NCBI GenBank assembly: GCA_951406725.2
Contig: OX597827.1
Span: forward strand, 40,424,001 to 40,488,000
From: Octopus vulgaris
Taxonomy: Eukaryota
Direction of reading: 5' to 3'
Length of the DNA stretch: 64,000 bases
A program made the position numbers and the translations under genes. The notes under the pieces are model-generated. The model had not been told where the DNA came from. It saw nothing but the letters and a program-made list of their open reading frames with translations, and ran no database searches. Below, one piece after another: positions 51,125 to 64,000 of this stretch; positions within the stretch are counted from its first letter, which is position 1; each line of letters begins with the position of its first letter.

Positions 51125-52639
51125 ATAGGAGAGAATTCACAAAAAAAAATACAAAAGACGAAGACAGGTGGTGTAGACAACAATTGGATGTATTAGTATA
51201 ATGCTCGAGAAATAAAAAAGTCTTTAACGTTTCGAGCCTAGCTCTTCCACAGAAAGGAACACAAAAAAAAAAAAAAACAAGTAGAGAAAATAAAGAATGT
51301 GTATTGGCGAGCGATCTACGACGGGCTTCTTTCAGTTTCCATCCACTAAATCCACTCACAAGGCTGTAGTCGGCTTTGGGCTACAGTAGAAGATACTTGT
51401 CCGAGATGCTGTGCAGTGGGACCGAACCCAGAACCATGCAAAATATGAGCGGTAAGCAAACATCTTATCACTCAACCAAGCCCGCGTCAACTGAAATATT
51501 TTACGCCTCTCAGCATATTATCAACAAAACATAAGATTTTCTTATCCATGTAATTGTTCTATCTTCATCAATTTAATCTTGATGGCTGTGTGGTAAGTAG
51601 CTTGCTTACAAACCACGTGGCTCTGGGTTCAGTCCCACTGCGGGGCACCTTGGGCAAGAGTCTTCTACTATATAGTCTCGGGCCGACCAAAGCCTTGTGA
51701 GTGGATTTGGCAGACGGAAACTGAAAGAAGCCCGTCGTATATATGTATATATATACGACGGGCTATATATATATATGTGTGTGTGTGTGTGTCTGTGTTT
51801 GTCCACACAATATCGCTTGACAACCGATACTGGTGTGTTTACATCACCGTAACTTAGCGGTTCGGCAAAAAAGACCGATAGAATAAGTACTAGGCTTACA
51901 AAGAATAAGTCCTGGGGTCGAATTGCTCGACTAAAGGCGGTGCTCCAGCATGGCCACAATCAAATGACTGAAACAAGTAAAAATAAAAGAGTAAACTTGA
52001 CAATTTCTGCGTCCCTTACTGGAGATTTATGATCAAAGACTTATCAGCTTTGATCATGCCGTAATTTTTCAGAAACATAACATTTCTAGAATTACATAAC
52101 CCCCTAATTTTCTCCTTTTCCTTGGTTATGATTTCAGGAAGGTTTAGTTAGTGCTCGAACGTTCCCATGAATATCGTTTTTATGCTGAATAATCTGACAA
52201 ACAGAAGTTATGCCCCCTACAATGGAATTGTCAAAAACCCACAATTATTTCCCCTCTACACGGTCGATTGAAAAATTAGTTCTCTCGCTTTCAGTTTCTT
52301 TAATAGAAAGTGTTTCCCTGATTTATGGAGTTAACTTTATACTACTCTCACCGTAAACGAGTATATAGTTTTCTGTTACCATCTGGCTAGAATATAGTTC
52401 CTTGTATCTCTCACATGAAATGCAACAAGAAATGCGATTCTTTTACACTGTTAAAACGCAGTTGACAATCTCTAATTATAAGTAGTTCCCTACTTACTAC
52501 AAATAACTACTTAGTTCCCTGCCACATCACTCCTACATGTGAGCTAGCTACATAGAATATAGTTCTCTGCTTTTTTAAAAGTCAATTAATGTATTCATTT
52601 TACAACATCTTTTTTTCTACCTCATATATTTGACAGTGT

Positions 52640-52900
52640 TTCAGGAGGCGAGTTCTCAGGCGGCGACTTACTTTCATTTGTACAAAGAAGTAACTTTCCA
52701 GACCGGCGACCGGTGTGTCAGAATAAGACGTTCCCCGCATCGCCATGTGCACCTGTCATCATAGTAGGCGCACATATTGACATTCTACAAAAATGCCGTC
52801 TGTTCATCTGTCAACGTTTTCTAATCATATCTGTGCTGTCACTGCTGTTGACGGTTACGAAATCGTCGTGAGCAGACGCACACACATATAGACTCCTGAC
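52640..52900. promoter_or_regulatory. CpG-enriched non-repetitive segment, probable (bidirectional) promoter/TSS region
   Basis: CpG-rich unique sequence ~900 nt upstream of the GPR180 ORF, containing a minus-strand first-exon donor. Confidence 0.4.
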
Positions 52901-53767
52901 TCAAACAAAAGTTGTAATATTCTTAAAAGGAAACGACATTTCTAATTCACACACAGTCGCACCCTTATATAATCTCTCACTGTCTGTCTACCTCTATTAT
53001 ATATTTAAAAAGCTTGATGGATTTCATAGCTGCTTGTAACTGCAAGAGAAGAATACTCACGGTTGTCGACAAACAATGGATTAATAACACTGCATCTTCT
53101 ATCATCACAGCAACATTATCACAATCAATAATAGCTGTATACGTCTCGTTCATTTGAACTTTCTTTGTTCATTGTTATCTAAGATGTGATTTTAGTAGAA
53201 AAATTACAAGAACGCAACAACGACCACACCATTACACCGCGAAACATTGCTCGGAAAACTAGCAAACAAACGCCAACAACAACAACAACAGCAACAACGG
53301 TACCTTCACACCTCAACGAATAACAACCGCACCGTAAAATACCTCACCGACAAACGACACCACTATCAACAGCAATAACATCAGAAACACACTCCCCCCG
53401 TTGACTCACGCCATTGAAAAACGACGGTCATAGCAACTATTTTTATTACTGTGTTCTGAGAAAATTAAAACGGGGGAAATACAAGAAAATAACTACAGGA
53501 ATATGTTACGATTTCCACCTCTAACACTACAATAACTGAAACAACCACATTAATAAGCTTTGTCTCAGTTGTAGTATTGATAACAAAGACACACAAACTT
53601 TATAAAATATAATTTTTATGTACAAACATTAATAATTATTGTTTATTTAATGTGATATAAACGTTACAATTCGATAATTTCAAGAATTGTTTTATAGTAT
53701 TATCATCATCATCTTCACCAGTGTCGCCGTCGTCATCATCAGGAAGGAAGCGAGAATCTGTCATCGA

Positions 53768-55609
53768 ATGGGAACTGTATTACAAGAGAGAGAACAGAAT
53801 GACTACTGTATTAAGAAACCTTATGTTATCCCTACCCGAAGCGGTGTCGGCGGTGTACGAGGTAGGTCAAAGATCACCAGCAACGCTATGACCACCGCAA
53901 CCTCAGGGGCTACAAACAACAACAACAACACATTCATTCTTATCCCTCCATCCTCTGTTACTAATATTCTTACGGTTGTTAATAATAATTGTAATATTGG
54001 GAGTCGAATCAAAGCTTGTGAAGAACAAAAAAAAGGAAAGGATGGTTGTAGTAGTGACCCGCGGATAAAAACTTCTGTTGTTGAGGTGTTGAATTCAGAC
54101 TTCAGCCATCATCCTGGCTTGGTTCTCCCGCGAAGCAATGCATTAGGTAGGTTAAAATTGATATTCCCAAGCTCGTTCAACATTACTAACAACAATATTG
54201 TCACCGCTATCTCGACAACAATAACAACAACTATTAATACTAGCTGTTCTCCCACGAATATTTTAGCGTGCTGGATTAAGGCTTGTAAAAAGGGAGAAAG
54301 AAACCCGCATGTTACGAGTTCGGATACCGAGGACCCTCGTTTAAATTATTATAAAAAATTGTTGAATTGCCCAGTATTTTGTGAGGAATCGACATGTAGG
54401 GTGGTTCTGATCGAGCTGCTCGTTCTAAACTCCCTTCAATCTAGTCTTCCTGTTGTTACTGATACTACCGATGTTGCTGTCTGTAATAATTTTGGTTATC
54501 GTTGGTGTGTGAGTGAAAGGGGTTTACCGGGTCACAATGAAAACCCTCTCTTGAAACCGAACTCTCATCGATCCTATGACAACGTCTCCAGGCTGAGTGA
54601 CCACTGTTTATTACTAGTTTTATCCTACGACTGTGAAACTTGCCTAATAGAGAAAGCCTGCGCCTGTTGTCATCACTACCGACAACTTCAGCATCATCAG
54701 CAACCTCATGGCCAGTACCACCATAAGATTAGCAACAGTTCTTACATCACTAACTATAGCAACAAATATGTCTATGATGGTGACAAGCGGATCATGAACA
54801 ATAAGAACAAAGATTGCAACTTCGATATGTACAACAGCGATGGTAAGAATAAAAGATGCAAAAACAATAACCGGAGTATTAACTACACTACAAACAATGA
54901 GGATTGCATCACCGCTACGACCCCGAATAACAACAATCGCAACATCAACATTTGTACCGCCACAACCATCAACAACAACAGTATTCATGCTACTACAACC
55001 ACTAATGCCATTAACTATAACCACAATGCCATCCACACCATCAACACCAGCACCACTAACAACAACAGCCATACTACTAACACCAACAGAAATCGTAAAC
55101 CTCAATCACTGCTGTTCTCTTTATATCACCAGTTTGTTTCTGCTTTTTTCTTACACTCTGTCCTTTCTTCATACAATGTGATATTTGTGGCATTTACAAT
55201 GGTTTCACTGGGGATGCTGCCAACAACTAGCCAGGCCCTTCACCTGCAAGGTGTTTGGAAAAGTGACAACTTCTTTGTGTTTCTGGCAAAGTTTGGCTTT
55301 CAGAAGACAGACCTTAGAGACTTAGAACACACCCAAGGAATCATATATGGACAAGTGTTTTCTAACAGCAAAAATCCAATCTCAGCTGTTGACCAACACT
55401 CATCCAATCCAATGCTGACATTGGTACTGGTGGACAGTGAGTATTTCATGGAATACTATGGCAACCGGACTTCACATGATTTGAACCGCTGTTCTCGAAT
55501 GTTTGACAAGATTGATACAATAGCCTTTGATTATAAATGTCGGCCTAAAGGGCTGGAGGACTTTCTCAGGAAGGTGCCTTGTTCTGAGAATCAGATGTGT
55601 GTTGATGAG
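53768..55609 (+). CDS. GPR180: GPR180/TMEM145-family integral membrane protein, first coding exon (start uncertain; alternative ATG at 55199)
   Basis: After a hydrophobic segment: ALHLQGVWKSDNFFVFLAKFGFQKTD...GIIYG...CSRMF...EDFLRKVPC..NQMCVDE, matching the invertebrate GPR180 luminal N-terminal domain as I recall it. Donor GAG|GTAAGA. Later exons not recognised in the window. Confidence 0.8.
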
Positions 55610-56999
55610 GTAAGAATTTTCTATATGAATTGTATTTGAAAAGTTTACAATGTTCTTGAAGATGTGGGCTTAAGCATCAGCTGATATATATATATATATA
55701 TATATCAAATCAAATCAAAAATCATATATATATATATATATCCCTCTCTCTCTCTCTCTTTCGGAGAGGCACAAGCACCTACACGCACATATACACACAC
55801 GGCAGTAACTTCCGCCTGCCAAATTCAATCACAAAGCTTCGGTCGGCTCGGGGCTATAGCGGAAGGCACCTACACAAAGTGCCACGCAGTGGGACTGAAC
55901 CCGAACCCATGTAGCTAGGAAGCACACAGCCATGCCCGATATATATGATATATGTATAAATATAGCAATAAGAAAATAGAGGGGATCAATAGGTTGTTCA
56001 TCAACTTTTAGACATTATATTATGCCAATTTATTTACTAAAATGACAATTACAAGAATATACATACATGTATAACATATGCTGAAAAGTTCTTGGCTTTG
56101 GGTAAAAGAAAATACAGGAGTATCAGTTATGATTTTATTCAACATATTCACACACTTATTGCAGTGGTCTTTCAGTTTTTCTAAGCCTTGTAAAAGAATT
56201 AGTGCCTCCAGTCAGGCCTTTTGTGATGCCCTCAAAGGCCGGAACTTTTTATCACAATATATAAAATGAGATCCTGTCAGACCTTCCCCAACAACACTTC
56301 TTTTAATATCCCCCCCCGTCACTCTTCTAACTTTGGTACTATTCACCTAGGTGCTGTAAATGATAATATTTAACTTCCTACACTTCATACTGTCTTCCTG
56401 TTACTGGCACTTATCACCTTCTCCCTAACCCACTTCTGTTTCCTTCACTCCTCCACCCCAACTGATTTTCATCATTGCCCATATCTCCAATCATGCACTC
56501 CATTCACTGCACCCACCTGTATCCCCATCTCTAACCATTTATCACACTGCTTTCACACTCTCCCAAACTTAACCTACATACATGTCTGTCACTACGCGTT
56601 TTGCAAGTTACTTAGTAAACTTACTCTGGTGCTGGTTTCACGTAAAAAGCACCCAGTACACTATGTAAAATGGTTGGTGCTCTGGGAAGGGCATCTAACC
56701 ATAGAAACCTTGCCAAAACAGATGCTGGAGTTAGGTGCAGTCCTCTGGCTTGCCAGCTCCTATTGAATCGTCCAATCCAGACCAGCATGGAAAATGGGTA
56801 TTAAATGTTAATGACAATGATGGTGATGGTTTCCAATGTAAATTGTAGACTCATATGGCAAAAGTGGAAAATATGAAAGTTCCTTTACTCTTGATGATTC
56901 CTTCATGCATACCTTTGCCTGCATAAAAAAAGTCTTCATATTTTTCTCATTGCACATATGTTTAGATACATACATGTACATGTATGTACTCAAAATCAA

Positions 57000-57462
57000 A
57001 TTCGATGACTGGCATCTGTGCTAGTGGAGCACTAAGAGTACCATCCGAGTGTGATCATTGCCAGAGCAACAAGCTTGCCTCCATGCTGGTGGCACGTAAA
57101 AAACACCATTCAAGCATAATCATTACCTGCATCACCTTACTGGCACTTGTGCTGGTGGCATGTGAAAAAACATTCGAGCGAAGTCGTTGCCAGTGCCGCT
57201 GGACTGGCTCCTGTGCAGGTGGTACATAAAAAGCACCATTTGAGCGTGGCCGTTGCCAGTACTGCCTGACTGGCCCTCGTGCCAGTGGCACGTAAAAGCA
57301 CCCACTATATTCTTGGAGTGGTTGGCGTTAGGAAGGGCATCCAGCTGCAGAAACTCTACCAGATCAGATTGGAGCCTGGTACAGCTATCTGGTTTGTCAG
57401 ACCTCAGTCAAATCATCCAACCCATGCTAACATAAAAGCGGATATTAAATGATGATGATGAT
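57000..57462 (+). mobile_element. SINE/RTE-tail family D with (ATG)n tail and internal tandem units
   Basis: TGGTTGGCGTTAGGAAGGGCATCCAGC...TTAAATGATGATG. Copies at 56630-56830(+) and 60358-60537(-). Confidence 0.7.
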
Positions 57463-60400
57463 ATATGTGTATATTTTTTCTAATGTTGGGTTTTTGTGGG
57501 GTTTCTTTTTAGACTGTATCAGAGAAGAATAAAAATTACATTTATAAATTTTGAGATGAAAGAAATTGAATAATTGGTGAGGAAGAAACTGTTAGATATG
57601 GGGTTGAGATGTTAATAACAAAGTTGAAGGAAAGGTTAAAAAAAAAGGTGGATAAAGAATTAACAATACTTGATGGATATTAGGTATGTGTATACATTTA
57701 GTGTACATTTAATGGGAATGGGGAATGGATGGGTGTATAAGTGGAGGAATATATTCAAATCAGTTACAAGAATTGAAATCCACACCTTGTAATCAATTAT
57801 TAATAAACTGGTCTGTTTGGGAATAGTGTATAGTTGTGCATGTGCTTAACCCTTTTGCATTTAAACTGGACATATCCGGCCAAAAAATTCTACCTGTTTT
57901 ATGTTTAATCTCTCTCACCTGTCCTTCAATGTCATTGTTAAAAATAAACAATCACATTATTGAAATCTTGAAGCTACAAGATAATGCATAATTAATTCAA
58001 AGAAATGTGAATATATAAGTATTACTTTTGACTAAGTAGTCTGAATGCTAAAGGCTTAATGTTTTATATATATATATATAAAACATTTTATAATGAAAAT
58101 TTTGGTAATTCTTTATGTTATTTTATACATTAGTGAATTTCTATTGTTCCAAAATATCTATTCAACTTGTATGTTACGTATTCATCAATTAGCTACCTCA
58201 ATCTGTTGCAGAAATCTACTCAATCTAACCATCAGAATTCCACCAACTTCAATAACTGCAGGTATAATAACATCAACCCCCTAGCCACTAGCAGGTAACT
58301 GTATGGCAAATGAAATAGGATATTGTGCTACAGTCAACACCTGTGCTATGAACATTTCCTACATAGGATTAACAGCTAACTCATTTGAAAACCAAAACTT
58401 TACTAGTATATCTGTCGTTTCTGTAACCTCAATAGAAAAACAAACATCTTGTTATCAAGTTATATTTGGTCTCTAGATACTAGTAAAGTCCCTTACAATA
58501 TTGATTTCAAATTTTGGCACAAAGCCAGCAATTTTGGGGGAGGGGGTAAGTCGACTACATCAGTCCCAGTGCTCAACTGGTACTTACTTTATTGATCCTG
58601 AAAGGATGAAAGGCAGAGTTGACCTTGGTGAAATTTGAACACAGAACATAGAGAAGGAAGAAATGCTGCTAAGCATTTTGCCCAGCATGCTAACGATTCT
58701 GCTAGCTTGCCACCTTAAAGCCCCTTGTAATATTAATGGGAAAATATCTTTTTTGCTAAACTGTATTTCAATAAGAAAATTATGTACATCATTCTCTTAT
58801 GAGTGCATTTCTTCTAACCTGAAGTTATTTAACAGATACTCTGAGTTGATCCTTGTGTGTTGAGATAAAACTTTTAGAACCCTTAAATATTCTATGATTT
58901 ATAAATCCTTTAATACACTGTATATCCATGTGAACTAGTACTATCTTTCACGGTGTGTCTGAGATCACACTATTAAATTATAACTTTCTACTCCTAGCTT
59001 TCCATTATTGGAGAAGGAAAATGGATATAGAATAACTACTTAAACTTTAACAATTCATGTAAACCACCCAAATCTGTACACTATTACTATAACTCTTTGC
59101 AGTTTAAATTCTAACTAAACATTTGGTTTCTGTTGGGAATATAAAACTACTCCTTCTTCCAGGTTTGGAAGATCTATAAGTATGAATTTTCTAGCACTTC
59201 CCTTTCTACTCACTTCATAAGATAATTATGTTGTATTTGATATTTTCTTCCACCTAAATTTTTTTAACTGACAGTCTGAGCTAATTTCTATCTGCAGACA
59301 CATTTTCAGTATCTATAAAATATGTTATGAGTGGTTGTTATTTTCCAATAGGTAATTTGCACATTCTTTACTGTAGTGTATAGATGACTATAAACTTCCA
59401 TCATATACCATCTACATTAAGCCAAAGGTCACCTTATAAACTAATAGATGTTGGAGGGGAAAAAAATGATTATTATATAATTACTTAAACATTAACACCC
59501 AACAGTCTCCAAACCAATTACCAATTACAGTACCACTAGAAATTCTTACTGCTTTTTACTCTGGCTAAATATATCTCAGCATATTTGGTTTCTATTAGAA
59601 GTATATTACTTTTCCTTCTTCCAACAATGTCTCCCCACCCAGCCTATAAATAATATCTTTCATGCACTTCTATTCTTCTTACCCCATGTGTTGACTTGAC
59701 TATACCCTAAATAATATTTTCATTTCCACTTAGCACTTCCACTATAACTCTTGACAAGCAAGTCTATGAACACCCATAAGTTCCTAGAATTAGAATAATC
59801 AATCATTTTTTAAAGTCCTTGTTATAACTTATCTTACATGAGTCTTAACCAGAAACTGTATAATCACATAATATCCTATAATAGTTCATGACACATTGTT
59901 GCATTGCTACAGAGTTAAATTTCTATTTTCAGCCTTTATATTTAATTAATTTTGTCTTCTCTACTTGGTTTACATAGATGTTATTTTCTTTTCTTTTTCT
60001 TACAGTTCTGTCAAACCTTAATATTTTCCTATCATTATTTGTCAATTTTGTTTAGAACTTAATGATAACCTAGTGATACTAAATTAGTTAATGGTAAATT
60101 AGTTATCAATACTAGAACTTAGTTAATGATAACTTAGTGATACTAAGTTATTACTTAGTGATACTAATGTAACTTAGTGATACTACACTTTAGTTACAAA
60201 AAGACATGCACTCAATAAGGCTGAGTGGGTATAGAAGCAATTATTGGAATAAGCAAATTAGACATATCAAATATATTAAGTACATCAAATACAAAATATG
60301 TATACCAGTATACATGCAAAACAAAAGACGGAAACTTTCAGATGGTGATTGATGAATTCATCATCATCATCATACGTCCGTTTTCCTTGCTGGTATGGGT

Positions 60401-61309
60401 TGGACAGTTTGACTGAGGTGTAGAAATCCAGCATCTGCACCAGGCTCCAATCTGATCTGACAGAGTTTCTACAGCTGAATGCCCTCCTAATGCCAACCAC
60501 TCCGAGAGTGTAGTGGGAGCTTTTTACGTGCCACTGGCTTATATTTATATAAATAGGTCCAATGTGTCTAATTTGCTTATCCCAATAATTTCTTCTATAT
60601 CTGCTCAGCCTGATCCCTCTTATAGCCTTTCTTTACCTTGTGGTACACCCAATAAGACTGTAATTCAACTTATATTTCTACCTTCATCTTACTGTTGTCC
60701 TTTAAAACATCTAAAAACAACATACGCAGTCGAACACTTAGCAAGTACCAGATCCTGAGTCTGTTGATTATCACACCATATGCAAGATTAGTGCCACACA
60801 TAATACTTATTAATTCAATATTTAAATTAAAAGAATTAAATATAGTTTATTTTCATTTGAACTTTCCCTCTGTGTCAGATAATATCATACACTTTGCTAG
60901 TTAAATCTGAACTTTGGTTCAATTATCTAATAAACTTGAAGGGTGTGTTATAAAGAAACACTCCTGATGAGGTTGACTTCACCTTTCATCCTTTAGAGGG
61001 TTGATAAATTAAGTACCAATTGAACACTGGGGGTCGATAGAATCGCCTACCCCCTCCTCCGAAATTGCTGGCCTTGTGCCAAAATTTGAACTCAGTATTA
61101 TGCTAAACAGTTTAGTTATTATCGCATCTAAAGAGAGCATGTGGTTATGACAACTGTAGCATTACAGTTTAGACTCAATCAGGTTTCAGTTTTTATGCAT
61201 TTAGGATCTCTGTCTCTCTGTTTATAGCCACCTCTTCTCCCCCGTCTCTCCTCCCACTCTTCCCCAATCCTCCTTCTTTCTCCCCTTCTCTCTTTCTCTT
61301 TTTTCCCAG

Positions 61310-61900
61310 ATGTGTAGCAGCATGACATACCCTCATTGACACATCCAAAAACCATCACAGTTTTGGGGAACTTGGTTTTCATGACATGTGGGATATCACA
61401 TGGATTGTAGGCAAGCCACTTGTTGTTCTGGGTATTGTGCAATTGGTCCTTACAGACGTTCTTTTCATGTGAGAAGAACCATATCACTCCCGGCTCAACA
61501 GGACACATCAGCTTGATCAAAAGCTTCTTTGCCTTTGTCAAGTGGTTCTCCTTGGCTTTGGCTGTCAGAATTTGTCCCTTGCATCTCTTGTATGAGTGGT
61601 TGTAAAAGTCCTCCATTCAGGGCCAGTTTCATGGTGGTAACACCAATTCCCATCTCTCTTACCAAAGCCTGGATTCCCTTGCTCAGATTTTGCATCTCCT
61701 TGTCTTGCAATTATTGGATGAGTTGTGGCATGCAAATGCAGTCAGAATGCCTACTGTGTTCCTTCCTGTTGGTCACAGCTTCATTGTCTCTGTTGCAGCT
61801 CTCCATATCATGCCTTACCACCTTTACAAAATTCACAGAGCATTGAGCAGCAGTTATGATGTTGAAAATTTGATATTTTGATACCTGGTGTAAATCATCA
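61310..61900 (-). mobile_element. Degenerate Tc1/mariner-superfamily (maT-like) transposase
   Basis: WFFSHEKN...HNTQNNKWLA...MKTKFPKTVMVFGCV, with frameshifts. Confidence 0.75.
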
Positions 61901-62029
61901 TGATACATGTAACCCTTTCCCCCCAATATTCAGATGGCTTCCAGTCTTCTATGTGAACTAACTTTTTCTCAACTATAGCTTTAATCATTATGCTCTCCAA
62001 TGCTGTTGACGGCTCCCCAATATGTTAAG

Positions 62030-62410
62030 CTGTTCCTGAAAAAAACAGAAGACATAAAATATCGTCACACTTAGCCCAAACATGCTGTAAACCTCCTCAA
62101 GGAATGTAAAGATGCAGGCTGGGAAGCAGAGCATTTTCCAATCGAAGTTGGATGTAGAGGGTTTGTTGGATGCAGTGTGAGACGACTGTTGTTGTCGTTA
62201 GGCCTAACTCATCGTAAATTCAGTACCACCATGACCGATATCCAAACTACAGTGGAGAAGGCTAGCCACTGGATTTGGTTAAAAAGAGACGATGAGCGAT
62301 GGCTAAAGAAATAGTGAGCTTTATTTAATAACCACATGACACACATTCTCTCCTGATGACCCTGTACACTTGCTGGCTTCTGGTATGCAGAGTTCTTGAC
62401 TGGTAGCACT
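62030..62410 (+). mobile_element. Hero-clade RLE non-LTR 3' fragment
   Basis: ECKDAGWEAEHFPIEVGCRGF...VEKASHWIWLKR then stop at 62314. Confidence 0.8.
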
Positions 62411-63587
62411 TGCATGTATAAACATATATGCAAGACCTGCATATATGTGTACATATATATATATATGTGGGTATATAGATGTGCATATATATGTGTATGT
62501 ATACACACACACACATATATTTCCTTTCATTCTTTGTTATCGTTGTCTCACTTTACTTTGGCCTACTTTAGTACTCGGAAGAGCCATCAAGTGTCACAGT
62601 TACAAATCCTTCCCTCCTCTACAGTAAATGAGGCTGACTGTTTAATTATTCAATTATTCATTGTCTTCAATTGTTGTGAAAGGTCAGGTCACAAACGGTT
62701 TTTATTGTTGGATTATAATAATAATAATAATGATAATAATAATAAAAGAAATCATTATTGTTGTTGTGTCCATGAGAGACCTGGTTTTTGTATTCATTTA
62801 TGTAACATTTCTGACTGTAATACCTCAAAATGGTGTCTTCTTTGTTTGTTGTATTTTGCCTTTTTTGGAATATAGTTTGCAAGTCTGAGCTGTCACCTGT
62901 CCAACCTGACATAATTACTCCTTTGTTGTTCAGCTATGTGTATGTATGCATATATAATGTGTGTATGTGTGTGTGTTTATATGTTTGTGTGCTGGATCAC
63001 CATCATCATATATCGGTCAGTGTTCCATGCTTGCATGTGTCAGACAGAATTTACTGAGGCAGATTGCCTAAGGCTGGGATGCTCTTTCTGTCACCAACCC
63101 TCACTGGTTTCCAAGCTAGAAGGTAATATTTTCTCATAGTTAGACGTGGTTTGCATGGAAGACTGGAAACAAGCAACCTCACTTGTCCAATGATAATGCT
63201 CATTTGAAACCATCACATGATGTCGAGATAAGGATACACACACACACACGCACACACACACACACATACACACACATGTGACAGGCTTCTTTCAGTTTCT
63301 CTCTACCAATTTCACCTACAAACCTTTAGTTGGCCTGAGGCTACAGTAGAAGGCACTTGCCCAAGATACTGTGCTGTCAGATTGAACCCGTTACCACATG
63401 GTTGGGAAGAAAGCTTCTTAACCACATACCCATACCTGTACCTATATATTTGTGTGTGTGTGTGTGTGTGAATAAAAATTCATTTGTTTGTTTTACATCA
63501 GTGTTTCCCAAGCTTTCATGTGTTGGATGAATATGCTAGTTATACAAGACCCTGTTTTACAGCTGGATGCTGAACCTGACACTAACC

Positions 63588-64000
63588 TTGCAATAAAATA
63601 GGAGCGGATCTGTTGACTAATCTAGGCTGTTTTTTATATTTTTGTAAGTTTCTGCATCATTTGGTCCAGTTGGCTGTTGTATACTTCGGCTGTAATTGAT
63701 GAGCCAGGTTTAATGAAATCATAATGGATCACACCTGTGCTAGACCATCAAACACACACCATCAGCTTCTTTTGATGAATTTTGCCTTTTGGACTGTGTT
63801 TTAGTGGCTCGTCTTTGTACAACCATTGTGCTGAACGTTTATAGTTGTTGTATTGGATCCATTTCTCATCACGTTACAATTCGATTAAAAAATGATTAAT
63901 TTTTGTGATGAGAAAGTAGCACAATGCAGGCTTCCAAACGTTGCTGTTTCTGATTTTTATTGAGTTCATGTGGAAACCACTTATCCAACTTTTTCACTTT
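63588..64000 (-). mobile_element. Degenerate mariner transposase, runs off right edge
   Basis: KLDKWFPHEL (WVPHEL-like), DEKWIQYNN, HQKKLMVCV. Stops and frameshifts. Confidence 0.85.

Overview
AT-rich, microsatellite-dense, intron-rich metazoan DNA. The SINE, LINE and microsatellite content looks like a coleoid cephalopod, probably octopus (inference). Host genes: (1) a minus-strand secreted fasciclin (FAS1) gene with 3 exons visible that runs off the left edge; (2) a complete plus-strand 6-exon, 305-aa secreted two-FAS1 gene, head-to-head with (1) and sharing its exon structure; (3) the first coding exon of a GPR180-like gene with a long open N-terminal extension; (4) a candidate small spliced transcript diverging from the GPR180 promoter. 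The rest is mostly mobile DNA: Tx1/L1, CR1, R4/Dong, Hero and Penelope non-LTR fragments, an RT-less Mag-type Ty3/gypsy element with near-identical LTRs, mariner/Tc1 relics, MITEs, Helitrons and at least 4 SINE families. The most interesting signals are RNA-structural: several hammerhead-ribozyme motifs (one apparently non-circularly permuted, plus a 4-copy A6U core-variant family), two LINE-SINE pairs with shared 3' tails, and a 5S-rRNA/CR1-tail chimera. Most ORFs in the supplied track are microsatellite or SINE artefacts. All calls were made by eye, without database searches.
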